NCBI GenBank assembly: GCA_964016885.1 | Contig: OZ024743.1 | Location: 154,132,001 to 154,196,000, forward strand | DNA: 64,000 nt | Source: Eledone cirrhosa | Lineage: Eukaryota | Direction: 5' to 3' | In this document: positions 23,966 through 36,635 of the stretch, in pieces | How positions within the stretch are numbered: the first letter of the stretch is position 1 | How the letters are laid out: the number at the start of each line of letters is the position of its first letter | Program-made: the position numbers and the translations under genes | Notes under the pieces: model-generated | Databases searched by the model: none | What the model was told of the DNA's origin: nothing | Seen by the model: only the letters and a program-made list of their open reading frames with translations

Positions 23966-26380
23966 TTTTCTTTGAGTCGCAGTCATTGATGTTAGTTAAC
24001 TGGAAAGTTTGTTGAAATGAATATCATGACACTACCTGCAACCTCAGATATTCAGGACGTATCAGAGGGTTCTTGCTGTTCCGAGCAAGCATGCCTTTTG
24101 AAGCGTTCCAAAAAGCGTGACGGGGCCAATTTTCTTTAACCATCCCTGGAAACTTTTCGAGATAGTACCTAGTGAGCCTATGACAATCGGAACCACTTTG
24201 ACTTCATGGCATTTCCAAATCCTTTTTACCTCCCACTTCAAGTCCTGGTATCGGTTAATTTTCTCCCTCTCCTTCTCTTGCACTCTAGTGTCGAATGGTC
24301 AGGCCGCATCCACAATCAGGCACGATCTTTTATCCTTGTCCAAAACCACCAGGTCAGGTCTTATAGTGAGTCTGGGCTAGGTGTTTACACTCGGATACAA
24401 TGTGAGCCACAGATCTCCTCTCTCTCTCCACAGATCTTGCACAGGATTCTCCACCCGACGTTAATTCTCCACCTTTGGTTAATTCTGTTTCCCAGGACTT
24501 CATACTTTTGCTCAACAACTGTCTGATGCTATCTGCCACCTTGAAGATCTCTAGGCTTGTGGTTATCCAAGAATGAGGTACTATGTCGAATGCCTTTTTT
24601 GTAATCTATCCATCCCATGGCAAGACCAGTGTGTCTCCTCTTGCAATTCCTCATTACAATCTTATCAATAAGTAGCTGATCTTTTGTACCACGGGACTTC
24701 TTTCGGCATCCTTTCTGTTCGTCCGGTAACAAGTTGTTTGTGTGGAGGCGATGGTAGATTTTCTCAGACACAATGCTTGTTAACAGTTTCCACATTACGG
24801 ACAGACATGTGATAGGTCTATAGTTTGTAACTATAGATTTGGTCTTTCATTACCAAAACTGTGGTACCTCACCTGACATCAAGCAGTCATTGAACATGGT
24901 TGTCAGTTTCGGGTGGAGGGATGTTATATTTTTAATCCAATATCCCTGCACACTATCTGGGCCTGGTGATTTCCAGTTGGTTAGATTTCTCGCCTGCCCC
25001 TTAAGAGTTTCAACTGTGATACTCAAATCAGTTTGTTGGTATGCTTGTTCACTAATCTCCTTTTGTGCTGTTTCAATACACACTGCCTGATCATTATGTT
25101 TAACATCCTGCTCCCATATTCGTCTCCAGAATGTCTTAGTCTGTTCCGCCTCAGGGATCAAGTCGTTGCCTCTTTCTTTCCCTGCAAGCTGCCCCAAAAC
25201 ATCTTCTGGTTGTTGTCAAACATGCGGTTCTGTCCATACGGACTGACTCTGCTCTCGTATCGCCTAATCTTTGCACTCTTTGCTACAATGCGTTGCTTCA
25301 GTTCCTCTATGATAATATTTAGCTTTTTCTCCTAGGTTTGTACTTTATTTTCAGTCTATTTTTAGTGTCTAAATTTTGTAGTGTCCCATTCAGTAGGGAC
25401 TCAAGCTTTCCAATGTCATTAGTCATTTCCGTGATTTGACCATTCAGTAGTTTCTTCCACCATGTTTCTGATCTTTCTTGATTGTTTTTTCCTCTCGCTT
25501 TTATGCCGAGTAATTTCCTCACCCCATTTGCTGTTGCTTTGAGGATATTGTTGCACTGGTGAAGGTTCATCCCCTCAAGGTATGGAATGACTTTGTTTAC
25601 CTTAGCTGTTGTTTCTTTTAACTTTTTCCTGTCTACAAATATTAGGTTCATAGGTTTCCCACTATCATTGTTCATTTCATCTACCACTAAGTTTAGGATA
25701 TCAACCAAATCTTGTCCTAGCCCGTCAGCATTCATTTCCTCAATGTCCGTATCTTTGTTCCAGGTATTATTTATTTCAGCATTCAGATCATTGTCTGCTT
25801 CAGATGCTTCCTCCGTTCTCTCAACCTCTTCACCTTCATTTCCCAATGGCTCGTTTGCCTGGCATACTCCTCTCTCCATTTCCACCGTAATCTCTCTGCT
25901 CAGTTCATCCAGTTGCAGCTCGCTCATCCACCCATTAGTTATTATTACCCGAGCCTGCCCGGCTAAATTTTGTTCATCTAATTTTAATAGACCAATCTCG
26001 TTCCAGATGTTATGCATCCGTTTCCTATAGCCTTTTCCCTTGGGGTTACACTTCAGGTAACATTGCATAACAGTTCTATTCAATTCTTTCGTCCAGTTGG
26101 TCCTGGCCCCTTTTTTTCTTCTTCTTCCTCTAACACCAGCAGTATTTGGTTGACAGCCAGGTCCTGCTGCTGGGCCAGGGAGCACCTGCTGAGTGAGAGT
26201 CTGTCACATGACATTCCAGTCTGCACTTCACCGTTATTCGAACTGTTTTGGTTCGACATTTTATCACTCATATCGAGGATGGGTGAATGTAAGGTTACAT
26301 AACCACCGGTGATTTCATCACCCCAGTGATTTGATCACCCCCGGTGATTTTAGCGTGGCACTATCACGCTGTAGACGAAC
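23966..26380 (-). mobile_element. R4/Dong-clade non-LTR retrotransposon, internally deleted (RT core missing)
   Basis: WTKELNRTVMQCY N-terminus, [27 protein letters not shown], CxxC-like..HIVSEC knuckle, RPDLVVLD..IVD..EKINRYQDL restriction-like endonuclease. 3' end abuts (TAA)n. Confidence 0.9.
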
Positions 26381-26632
26381 ATAAATAAATAAACAAATAA
26401 ATAGATACAAACTTTTTTAAAATAACCATAAGTTTCATTGTAATGTAATGTTTGAATGTCTAGCTTAGTTTTGTTTGTTTGTTTGTTTTTCTTTTCTTTA
26501 CGTTTTTCGTTGCTGCTGTGCTTTTTTCTATTTTTTATTTTTTTTATTTTAGCTGCATGAGAAGTAGGGCCGTTGCGTTCAAAACTTTTGAAATTTGTTT
26601 CGACTTGTTGCTTCTCATTATTATTATTATCA

Positions 26633-26843
26633 GCCGAGGTTAACTTTGCCCTCCATCACCACCGGGCCGACGAGACAAAGCACCAGCAATGTACTGGGCA
26701 ATTGCAGCAAAAAGCAGCAACAATTATTATTATTATTATTATTATATTATACGGGGTCGATAAAACAAAGCACCAGCAATGCACTGAGCAATTGCCGGCC
26801 CTGCGCCAAAGAAAGAAGAAAAACTAGAAACAATTATTATTAT
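26633..26843 (+). mobile_element. Two tandem SINE 3' fragments with T>C-biased divergence
   Basis: By-eye alignment to the other copies in the window. Confidence 0.8.
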
Positions 26844-26871
26844 AATATCATAGTTTAGATTATTATTATTA

Positions 26872-29800
26872 TTGCGACTGCCATCTCCTCCTCTGTGACT
26901 AACACTGTCTCGATATTTTGGGCGACACCTGCAAAAGAAGTGGTTCCTTTTTCAGCAGCACCACTATTGCTGCCGCTACTGGTCTTACTGGTGGTGCTGA
27001 GATCGCTATTACAGGTATCGATATCATTGTTGATGTTTTCGTTGGTACAGTTGTTGGTGTTGTTGTTGTTTTCGTTGATACTGTTGCTGTTGTTACTGTT
27101 ATTGTGGTAGCTACACAAGCAACGACATTGCCGAAGAGGTCTCCACTACCACCACCAACAGCCGTAGAGCACATACCCCTCCCAGACGCCACAGAATCCG
27201 ACATGGAGTTTGAGGCAGGAGTGAAGTTGCAAACGGTCTGCCACAAAAAACAAAAAACAAAAAAAAACTTATATTCACCCTCCAAAGGCGAAGGCATACA
27301 AAGAGAGGTAAAGGCAGCAAGGAAACTTTCAGCAACACCACCACCATCACCACCACACAACCACTGACAACAACAACCACACCACCACCAGCATCACCAA
27401 ACACACCTACAACGCAAACACAACGACACACACACAAAACAGCAACAAGAAGATAACAGCAACAAAATCACCCCTCCCCCCCAAAAAAAAAAGTACACAG
27501 CCATAAACATGGCCAAAAAAGAACTCATACAATATATAAAGCAGCACAGACATCACAAAAAAAACTACTACACCCCTCCAACACCAATAACTCTCCCGAC
27601 AAACATAAGCATCATTGAAATCTCGATAGAACAGTACAAACCTTTAAAACAAAAATTCCCCAACGCAGATGGAGACTTCAAAGGGTCGGTTACCAAGAGT
27701 ATATAGACTGACATCCTCTTGGAAACACCCATGACCAGCGAAAGGGACGGTTCTACTGTCCCTTCACAACACGATTAAGGTAAGTGGCCCTTTCTTACTT
27801 GCCCCGTTTCTCATCCAACATGGCCGTACTCAGAATAGTCAGTATAAATGCACATGGCCTGGGGTCATCTTGGAATTAGGGTCACCTGCTCCACGACCTC
27901 AGGTCACTAAATATAGATGTGGTGGCCATCAGTGAGACCAGAATCTCCGAGGCACAAGTCTTCGCACCGATCTTCAGCGGCTACGATGTATACGCATCTC
28001 CCAGCCGTCCAGGATCGGGGGGAGGGGTTGCCGTCCTTTCTCGGAGAGGCTTGGATCTCGCCAGACGAGCCATCTTCCTAGACCCAGAAGGTAAGTCGGT
28101 GGTGCTGGGCGTGACCGGCAGCGAAGGCAATGCTTTCAGGCTAGTAGCCGTTTACGCCCCAACAGAGGCAGGACGGCCAGATTTCTTCAGACGTCTGGAG
28201 ACCTTTCTTGGAACGTCCCGCTCTTTAGTGTTAATGGGCGACTGGAACTGTATCTTGGATGCACGCTGGGATTGTGTGGCGCTAGTGGATAGGGAAGGAG
28301 GGTGCAATAGCCTCACCAACCTGCTCAGACGTTTTGAACCGTCTGACAGGTATCGTCTGGATAACCAGAATATGCCAAAGTGGACATGGACAAACCTCAT
28401 CGGGTCATCCAGATCGTATCTCGATAGGGTATTCTGTAGAGAACTAGATAAGGCTAGTATAAGTTGTCCCCAATTTAAAATAGTCGACTACACTGACCAG
28501 AAATTTGTGATATGTGAGATCGACATAGACATACTTCATAGACAAGGGCCAGGTTACTGGAAGCTGAACGCGTCTTTCCCGGCGCGCAAAGACTGCATAG
28601 ACCGGATTAGCGTATTAGTTAAGTGGGCGTTGATGGGAGCGGTCGTCATCATCAGGTGGTGTTCGCCCTGAAAAGTAGAGTCGATAAGGTTTAGCAAAGG
28701 AGTAGTGATAGAGGAAAATAGAGTAGAGGGAGATTAGTCAGAAAGCTAGAAGAGGCGTTTAGGACAGGCATCGCAAACGACGTCCTTGCGGCGAGATTGG
28801 CACTCGACCAATTCTTCAACGCAAAACACGAAGGCTGCGTTGTCAGAGCTAGTGCGCGTGCTCTGAAACACGAGGGGACAAAAGCCGTCCAATGGGCCCG
28901 GGTGGCAGAGGCGCGACGTGGCAAGAAAGCCACAATTCGGTCTTTGTCTGACCAAAACGGATGCGTGATGCTCGAAATCGAGCGGATGTGTGAAGCTTTT
29001 CTGCAGCACTTTGCTGACTGTTCGGGAGCAGCGGCGGCCCAGATCGGGGCATGGACTTCAGTGCATACCTCGACGGACTGCCTCGGCTCTCGACGACCGC
29101 AGCACAGTGTTGCGAAAAGCCAATAACAGCCGGAGAAATACGGGAAGCGATGGCTACTGCACAAGGGGTAAATCGCCAGGTTTGGATGATCTGCCCTACG
29201 AGCTTAATGCATTTATGCGAGACTTGTACGGTGACCTCTTGGCAGATGTTTACTGCAACTGGCAGCAGAACGGGAGCATTCCCAGTTTTGTGAGCCGGGG
29301 AGCAGTGGCGCTGCTGAGAATATACCCAAACCAGGGGGATGTTATCGATAATTTCAGGCCTATAACCCTGCTAAACGCAGAGTTCAAGATTTTGGACAAG
29401 GCGTTAGCAACGAGGCTGGCGCTTGTCGTCAAGCGTATGGTGGGAGAGGCGCAGATATGCGCCATTACGGACAGATCCATACACGACAACCTCCACCTCA
29501 TGCGATGCATCATAGAGAGGGCGGTTAAGGAACCTGGCATGGGTGGGGCCCTGATCAAATTGGATCAATCCAAAGCATTCGATAGGGTCGACCATCGGTA
29601 CCTGGCGGCGGTCCTCGAGACAGCCGGTTTCGGGCCGTTTTCAGGGGTTGGATCGCAACAATGTACAGCGACATCTGCTCAGTTGTGAGAGTGAACGGTC
29701 ACCTGTCGAAGCCGTTCAGCATCATGCGCTCAGTCCGCCAGGGTTGTCCCCTATTGTCCCTCTTTTACGTATTGGCTCTAGAGCCGTTACTGCACAAACT

Positions 29801-31177
29801 GGAGGCGATGAGGGACGTCCCACGAGAACTAGGATGCGGGAAATCCGAGTAGGCTTACGCCGACGACATCACCGTGGTGGTGTCGAGCACCAGACACGTC
29901 CAGATGCTCGGCACCGCTCTCAAGGAATACGAAGCGGTTACAGGAGCAAAGATAAACCAGGAAAAGTCGATGGGCTTGCAGCTCGGCACTTGGAGAGGAA
30001 AGTCCATGCCGTCCGACAGCGTCGTGGAGCGTTGGACGGACGGACTGGTTAAATTGCTCTTCCGCTTTTTGTGGAAGGGACACTCTCCCATAGTCAGACG
30101 ATCCATCTGCTGTCAACACCCGTTGCGTGGAGGACTAGGCATGCCATGCTGATGATGCGTAAACATGCGCTGAGGCTGCGACATCTCTGGTGCTTCCTTC
30201 ACGTTGAACAGGTGTGGTCGCTGTTCGCCAGGCACGTTTTCCCACAGCTCGTCTCCTTGACGGAGCTGCAGTCCTGGGTCAGAAAAATCCCGAGGGATAG
30301 CGCTTGGAAACTGGAATTTCTTCAGGCGCCCACTGCCCTCTGCCAGCTGGGCACCAGTATCGGTGGAACATCCACCTCGGCGTTCTATAGAGGATTAGTG
30401 GAGGGGATGTGCGACGACATTCTCGGAGAGATCCTGGGCGTCGAAGATCAGCTGTTTGCTCTCTTCCGGAGAACTTTCAGCCACGGGGCCTATGGATAAC
30501 TTCCAAAAATCCCTGGCCTGGCAGAGCTACCGGGGAGCGCTGCCGGTTTGAGATAAGCTCTACAGCCGAGCCTATCCGAGATGCGCACAGGGTGGCGAAA
30601 CCGTCGTGCACGCACTCGTTCTGTGCCCGAGCAATGCTGACTTGTGGAGCTTGTCGAACAGTTGCTGTCGCGTGTAGGACTGATCCGGTTATCGACTGAG
30701 TCCATGGTGCAGATGGTCTCGCTGTCTTCCTTCGAGGAGGAAGGGCAGGCGGTTTTCATCTGCCTTGTGACCATGGCAAAATAGATTGTGTGGTGGACAA
30801 GGTTAAAAGGGTTAAAGCCAGATACTTTGAGAGATGGGAAAATTGAGAGAGGGCGCTTGCCCTGGTGGTCAGGATGGCCGTGGTCTTTTGTGTGGTTTTC
30901 GCCACGAGTAACCCTCTATTGGGGAATTTTTCATTGTTTCAATTTTCATTTTTATTGTTTATATATATATGTTTCTATGTCCTTTTTTTTCTTTTCATAT
31001 ATAAATAATAAAAATATTTACACGCACAAAACCCACATCTAACCGTCCTGTACCATCCTGTGCCATCTGTAATGTTTTTCTTGATGTCAGCCCTTGTGGC
31101 CAATAAGGAAATCATTATTATTCTTATTATTATTACTACTACTATTATTACTATTATTATATTATCATTATTATTAA
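26872..31177 (+). mobile_element. Tx1/L1-clade LINE copy A: inverted 5' ORF1 segment, decayed ORF2 (APE + RT + Zn motif)
   Basis: VAISETR, GDWN, SYLDR, GPGYWKLN, FRPITLLN, SVRQGCP, AYADD. Ends AATAAGGAAATC(ATT)n. Homologous to 48045-53886. Confidence 0.9.
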
Positions 31178-31739
31178 TCTTTTTCCCTTTACCAGTACAT
31201 TTCCTTTCCCTATTTTGCTCTTGCTAAATTTTACTTTCTGTGTTCATTTCTCAATATATTATTTTATTATTCATGTTATACTTGTCACCCTTTACCTTTA
31301 TTTACTTTTTACATTTTCTGTTTTTTATCTCTAATACATACCCCCCCCCCCACCCCCATATATATACATATATATTAACAGTACTACGAATACAGCGTAG
31401 TTAATAATAATAATAATAAAAAAAGAAATACACTGTTTATGTTAAATAAACTTACAAGAGTCTTCATATGAATATTTTAAGCTGTGATCTTATCACGTCT
31501 TGTGGAATATTAATCTGACATCAGTAACACATACTCAGTTGTTACTGAGACAAGAATAATCTAGATATTATAAATAGTTTGGTATAAGGAACATTGGATG
31601 GAGTTGCTCATTTGCATATAATGTAAATCCAACATCAGCTTCAGTTGGTGACTTGCATATAATGTGAAATCTATTATACATAAACATATTGTACATGCTT
31701 TTATAGCTGACCCTCTTAGGAAACCCTCTATGTTAATGT

Positions 31740-32200
31740 TATTGCTAATTACATCTTTCTGTTCGAGTTTATACTATCTAGCGTATTCATATCTTGGTGT
31801 GGATTGTGTATATATCACTGATTATCAGATCTGCAAACGTTGAGTATAATGGTTTCTACTTACCATGGGAATTCTCTTGTAGTTTCACTCAGAAGAAGGC
31901 TTCTGTGGTACTCGTTCCTTCCACAAAACTAAACTACATATCTAATTTGACTGCCTAATAAATTGTGCTGTTACTCCTTCCACAACTTTCAAGCATTAAG
32001 CCATTAGTTTTATACCTCTTTTGTGGTTTCTTTCTAGAGCATCATCCTGGTCTTTTCAGTGTCTCAGATATTAATGTTCTAGCAGCTTAAGCATGTTTCA
32101 TGTCTGAATGTTCCTTTGTAACTGATTATTTTGATAGCGAGATCCTCTTTTGAGTTTTCAAAATTCTGCAACAATCGATCAAATTGAACAGGATCTCAGT
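31740..32200 (-). mobile_element. Highly decayed LINE RT remnant
   Basis: Faint PQG..LN..SD and EYA(DD)-like motifs read across frameshifts. Confidence 0.25.
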
Positions 32201-32294
32201 CCTCATTCCCGAACCAATTGCATTGGATCTTGTCAAACTGGACTAAGACATTTCCTTTGCTGATACTATCTACCGGTTACAATCCCTGGAAGAA

Positions 32295-32385
32295 AGAGCA
32301 ATGTGAAATAAACTATCTTCTGGAATTGAGCTCGCAACCTCAGGCTTGTGGATCGAATTCTCTAACCACATGGTTTACCATGTGT
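32295..32385 (-). mobile_element. tRNA-head SINE fragment (family of 60988-61322)
   Basis: GAGCAATGTGAAATAA...GGAATTGAGCTCGCAACC...CTAACCAC is the reverse complement of that head/core. Confidence 0.5.
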
Positions 32386-34489
32386 CTTCCCAGCAAATAT
32401 AGAGATATATTTGGGATGTTGTTCCATTGATTATGTTTTTACAAGTTTTGATTTCAGGAAATTGTTGAGAGTTCATGACAAGTGTTGAAACTATGCATCG
32501 TAAAGTTTGTTAACCTCTCAACTATATACATCGGTTTCTAACTAATATTGGTAGATTATAAATGTTGCTATTTTGGAGGAGACTATTTCTTTGTTTGGTA
32601 ACATATTGGTTCTCCTCTGACAATGTGTATGACAGTAAATCTCAAAGATAACTTAAGATATCATCATTTAAATCATAATTTATTACGTTAAAAGATGATA
32701 ATAGATAAGTATGTAGCTAACAATTCTGAGAAATTATAAAAAATTAAAATTCTTTATGATTTAAAGCAATCAATAAAACGTATTTCTTATCCTATATCTT
32801 AGTTTCATTGATATTAATATCCTTTTTAATGAGCTAAGCCTATCAGTTGGTAAAGGTGCTGTGTTACTGGTGTGGATATTATATGTTCACAGCAGGTGTG
32901 GTACAATTGAGAACATGTATTACTCACCAAATATACAATAACAATTTCACCGTTAGTTCAAGTAGTTAGAATTTGGAAGAGTATTCTACTACACATTGAT
33001 AAATCTATTAGCACCAGATTACACCACAGTTGGAGAAGACATTTAATTCTATGTCTCACAATAACGATTGCTGATTTCAATACAAGCTTGAGGAAGTGTA
33101 TATAATTGCAAGCGACAATATAGTTATGATGTTTATTAAAAAGGTCAATGATCAGATTTACTTTGTCAGAATTATATAATTCGAAGATAAACAGAACAAA
33201 ACTTTGTGTTATTACAAATTTCAGGTCTGGATGAACTAAAATGTGTAAAAAGTTAGTATTTCGCAGGAATGTAAAATGACGTTTCAACAATGGATTTGAA
33301 CTCACTACTTAGGACCACATAAACTATTCGCATATCTGCTTTGCCTTTGCTATATATGATACATGACACTAATTATTTCCAATTTGAACCTACATTAATA
33401 AATATTATTTGGAATTTATATGTGCAGAAATATATATTGATACACATTAATACTAGCATACATATATAAACACATGTACAGGTGAACAAATGTACATTAG
33501 CATGTACAAACACATGTACAGAAAACTGGCAAACCTCTGAATAGAAGCTGATATTTGGTCTTCCTGATTCATTTTTATTCTTTTCAGTTTTACCAGAATA
33601 AATTCTATATCAAACAGTTTTGAAAGTTAAACAGGAAGTAACAGAACATAATCAAAGAAACAATAGCAAACAGTTCTACAGTTATTGAACAGGAAGGTAA
33701 ATCTCTCTGTATTTGACTGACCTACTATAAATAGCAGCAACTCTCTCTCTCAAATAACAGCTATCTGTAAAAGAATAAATGAAAATTAAATTAGGTAACA
33801 TTGTTTTAGCTATACTATCTAAAAACATATTTCATAGTCATGGCATGGTATAAATGCTTTTGATCGTAGATCTGTTCAATAAACTTTAACTTTGGTCTAA
33901 ACAAAATTTGCGAAGCCTACGTTCCTGAAGCCAGTGTGGATTTGGCATGAACTACCTAGAATGTATCAGGACGATGTGTGGTTGGGGGAAGGCTAGGGAA
34001 GTTTAGAAATATGCAATTCCAAAATATGTTTTCTTAAAACGAAGGAGAGCTTATATAATATTCTCCAGTGTACTTATAAAATGATTGGATGACTTTGACT
34101 AAAAAGTATATATTATAAGTCTGAACTACAACACAAACAATAAAAACAACAGCAACAGCAACAATCACTGTGATTCGGTCGTTAAATACTCATTAGTTCT
34201 TATGAACTTGAATATCTCATTCACTTTTAATATATTATCTAATTGTAATAATTTTTAGTTACTGCCATAATTGGCATGGACTAAAAATGACCACCACTAC
34301 TGCAAACATATAACTTTAAAGTGTGAAACATCTATGAACCTCAATATATTACTAATGGTTAACTTGCACATGACATCATTAGACATGATGTTTATCTACT
34401 GTTTGTTCCCTCATGCATTATCTATCAGACACTAGTTGTCATCTTGTTTTCCTTTCAAAACTAAATGTTTCATATTTGATCAGCAGACT

Positions 34490-35070
34490 AATAATATGAA
34501 AGTGGGCAGACAGAGAAATATGAGGAAAATATATGTGAAGGTATCAGCTTCGATTCTCGGGTTGGTCAGTTATGTGTGGACAAAAAGGAGATATGAAGAT
34601 AGAGAGAGTATAAGAAGATGAAGGTAAAGATGGCAAGATAAAACAAGAATATGTATGGGGAAAATAAGAGAAAGATATGTAAGAAAAACGAACAAGAAGA
34701 ATAAGCATAAGTACAAAAGGGTGGTTATAAAGGTGATCAAGAGATGAATCACCACGAAAAATAAATGTAAGGTAACACTATAGTTAAAACGAAGAAGTAA
34801 AAAAGATCAGATAAAAAAAGAAAGCAATAAACTGAAGTGAGTGGAAGATGTGAGAAATTGGAGCAAACAAGAATATTGCTAGAAAAATAGGGAAAAGATA
34901 AATGTAGATTGGAAAATAGAGAAATGGCAGAGAAGAATGACATAAGTGGGAGATAAATAATGGTAGAGATAAATGGTTAGCAAATGAAGAAAGTAACTCA
35001 GATAATAACGTAAAAATACAGAACCTCTAAAGATAAATAGGATAAAATAGAAAAGTAGGGACTTCAAGTG
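34490..35070. repeat. Purine-rich low-complexity tract
   Basis: A/G-rich composition. A complementary pyrimidine-rich tract lies at ~37860-38230. Confidence 0.6.
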
Positions 35071-35263
35071 AAACGTAAGGCGATATTTTAAAATTTACTA
35101 ACATCAAGATGGTCTTCCAGTGTACATTGTTTTATACCACAAGGCCACATCAAATGATAGATTATAGTCCAGCAAAATAATTGGAAGTATTGATAAATGC
35201 TAGATTGAATAGAATCGTTACAGCATCAAGAGAAATGCTTTGAATTATTTCATCAATATTATT

Positions 35264-35410
35264 ACGTTGTAAGTTAGAATTTCACCGTGGTTAGCCTGTT
35301 TTCAACTGTCTAGGGTCGATAAAATAAAGTACCAGTTAGAGATTTGGTTATAATCAACTTTCCCTGAGACCAGAATTGCTGACCTTGTGCCAACATTAGA
35401 AAGAATTATT
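35264..35410 (+). mobile_element. Old SINE copy (long variant)
   Basis: GGGTCGATAAAATAAAGTACCAG...CCTTGTGCC...AGAAAGAATTATT. Confidence 0.7.
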
Positions 35411-36002
35411 AATTATTGGTTTCAGTTATAAAACTGTAACCGTGCTGTAGTACTATCTTTAATTTTTGTTTCAACTGCATTGACCATACAGTAATTTTTG
35501 TTTTATTCTGATCTTTATTTATCGAATAGCTGGTTTACACAGTTTACACTGCTATATATAAACACGAGGTTTGATATATCTACTTGTACATAGTAAAAAA
35601 AGAAGAGACGGTACCACGTATACAGCTTCAAGTTATTACACCGTCCTGTTTAGCAGTTTTCAAAGGGAGTGAAATAGTTGTGTAATAATTATTTGATGTA
35701 TTGTCATCAAACAAGTATTTAAGAATAATGTTATTCTGATTTTGTTTATGATATGCTCGCTAATATAATGAACTCGATGTTGGCATTGTGAGAATATAAT
35801 ACCATAATCTGAATATGTATACGTGAAAACGTCTCTCTTCTCTTTTATAATATGGAGTCTTAGTCTGATACCATGTAAGAAGTACGTTAAGTCATACACA
35901 TCGCGGAATACGTACGTCTGATTACACCACAATTGGTCGAATTCTTGATCAACTAACACTCTGAATATATAGAATAATATATATATATATATATATATAT
36001 AC

Positions 36003-36235
36003 ATTATTTAACCTAATAGTGGGGTTAAGAACCCTCGGAGAAATGGAAAAATATGAGTATTGACGTACATGAACGTACATGTACGTCAATACTCATGTTT
36101 TTTCCATTTCTCCGAGGGTTCTTAACCCCACTATTAGGCTAAATAATTTCTTTAATTTTTTTAGTCAAAATACGGCGATAGCTTACATTTCTAATAATTT
36201 CAAATCAACTCGCTGTTTCGAAAATATTATTACAT
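36003..36235. mobile_element. Fold-back mini-element in (TA)n
   Basis: ~70-bp inverted arms spanning 36003-36147, plus a tail. Confidence 0.8.
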
Positions 36236-36249
36236 GTATGTATATATAT

Positions 36250-36571
36250 CTATATTAGAAAATGAGATTTATTTTACAAAATGAAAAAAAAACGAAATGT
36301 CCTATAAGGAAAAACGATGAAATCGAAAATGCAACTGGAGTCTTTTTAAGATTATTTATTTGGTTCCTTTACCGGTTTCGCAGTTCTTGTGCTTTTCAAA
36401 AGTAGAATTGAGATGGAGGGTTTGTGGGTTTTCTCTCATGCGAGAAAAACCACAAACTCTCCATCTCAATTCTACTTTTGAAAAGCACAAGTACTGTGAA
36501 ACAGTAAAAGGAACCAAACAAATATTCTTAAAAAAGACTCCAGCTGCATTTTCGATTTCATCTTTTTTCCT

Positions 36572-36575
<4 letters not shown>
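36250..36575. mobile_element. Fold-back mini-element in (TA)n
   Basis: ~135-bp inverted arms spanning 36303-36575, centred near 36439. Confidence 0.85.
36367..36402 (-). ncRNA. Minimal hammerhead ribozyme, U3-A8 variant
   Basis: CTT-TTGAAAA-GCAcaagaacTGC-GAAAC-CG-GTA-AAG. A mutated mirror copy lies on the + strand in the right arm. Confidence 0.7.

Positions 36576-36635
<60 letters not shown>

Noticed and set aside
26200-26380. HDV-like ribozyme in the Dong 5'UTR (TCCTCG motif)
   Set aside because: P3, P1 and the P1.1 GG could not be paired around the motif.
31608-31672. Paired octamer-like TTGCATATAATG motifs, and a DRE-like TATCGATA at 37073
   Set aside because: Short motifs are expected by chance in AT-rich DNA, and no linked gene is evident.
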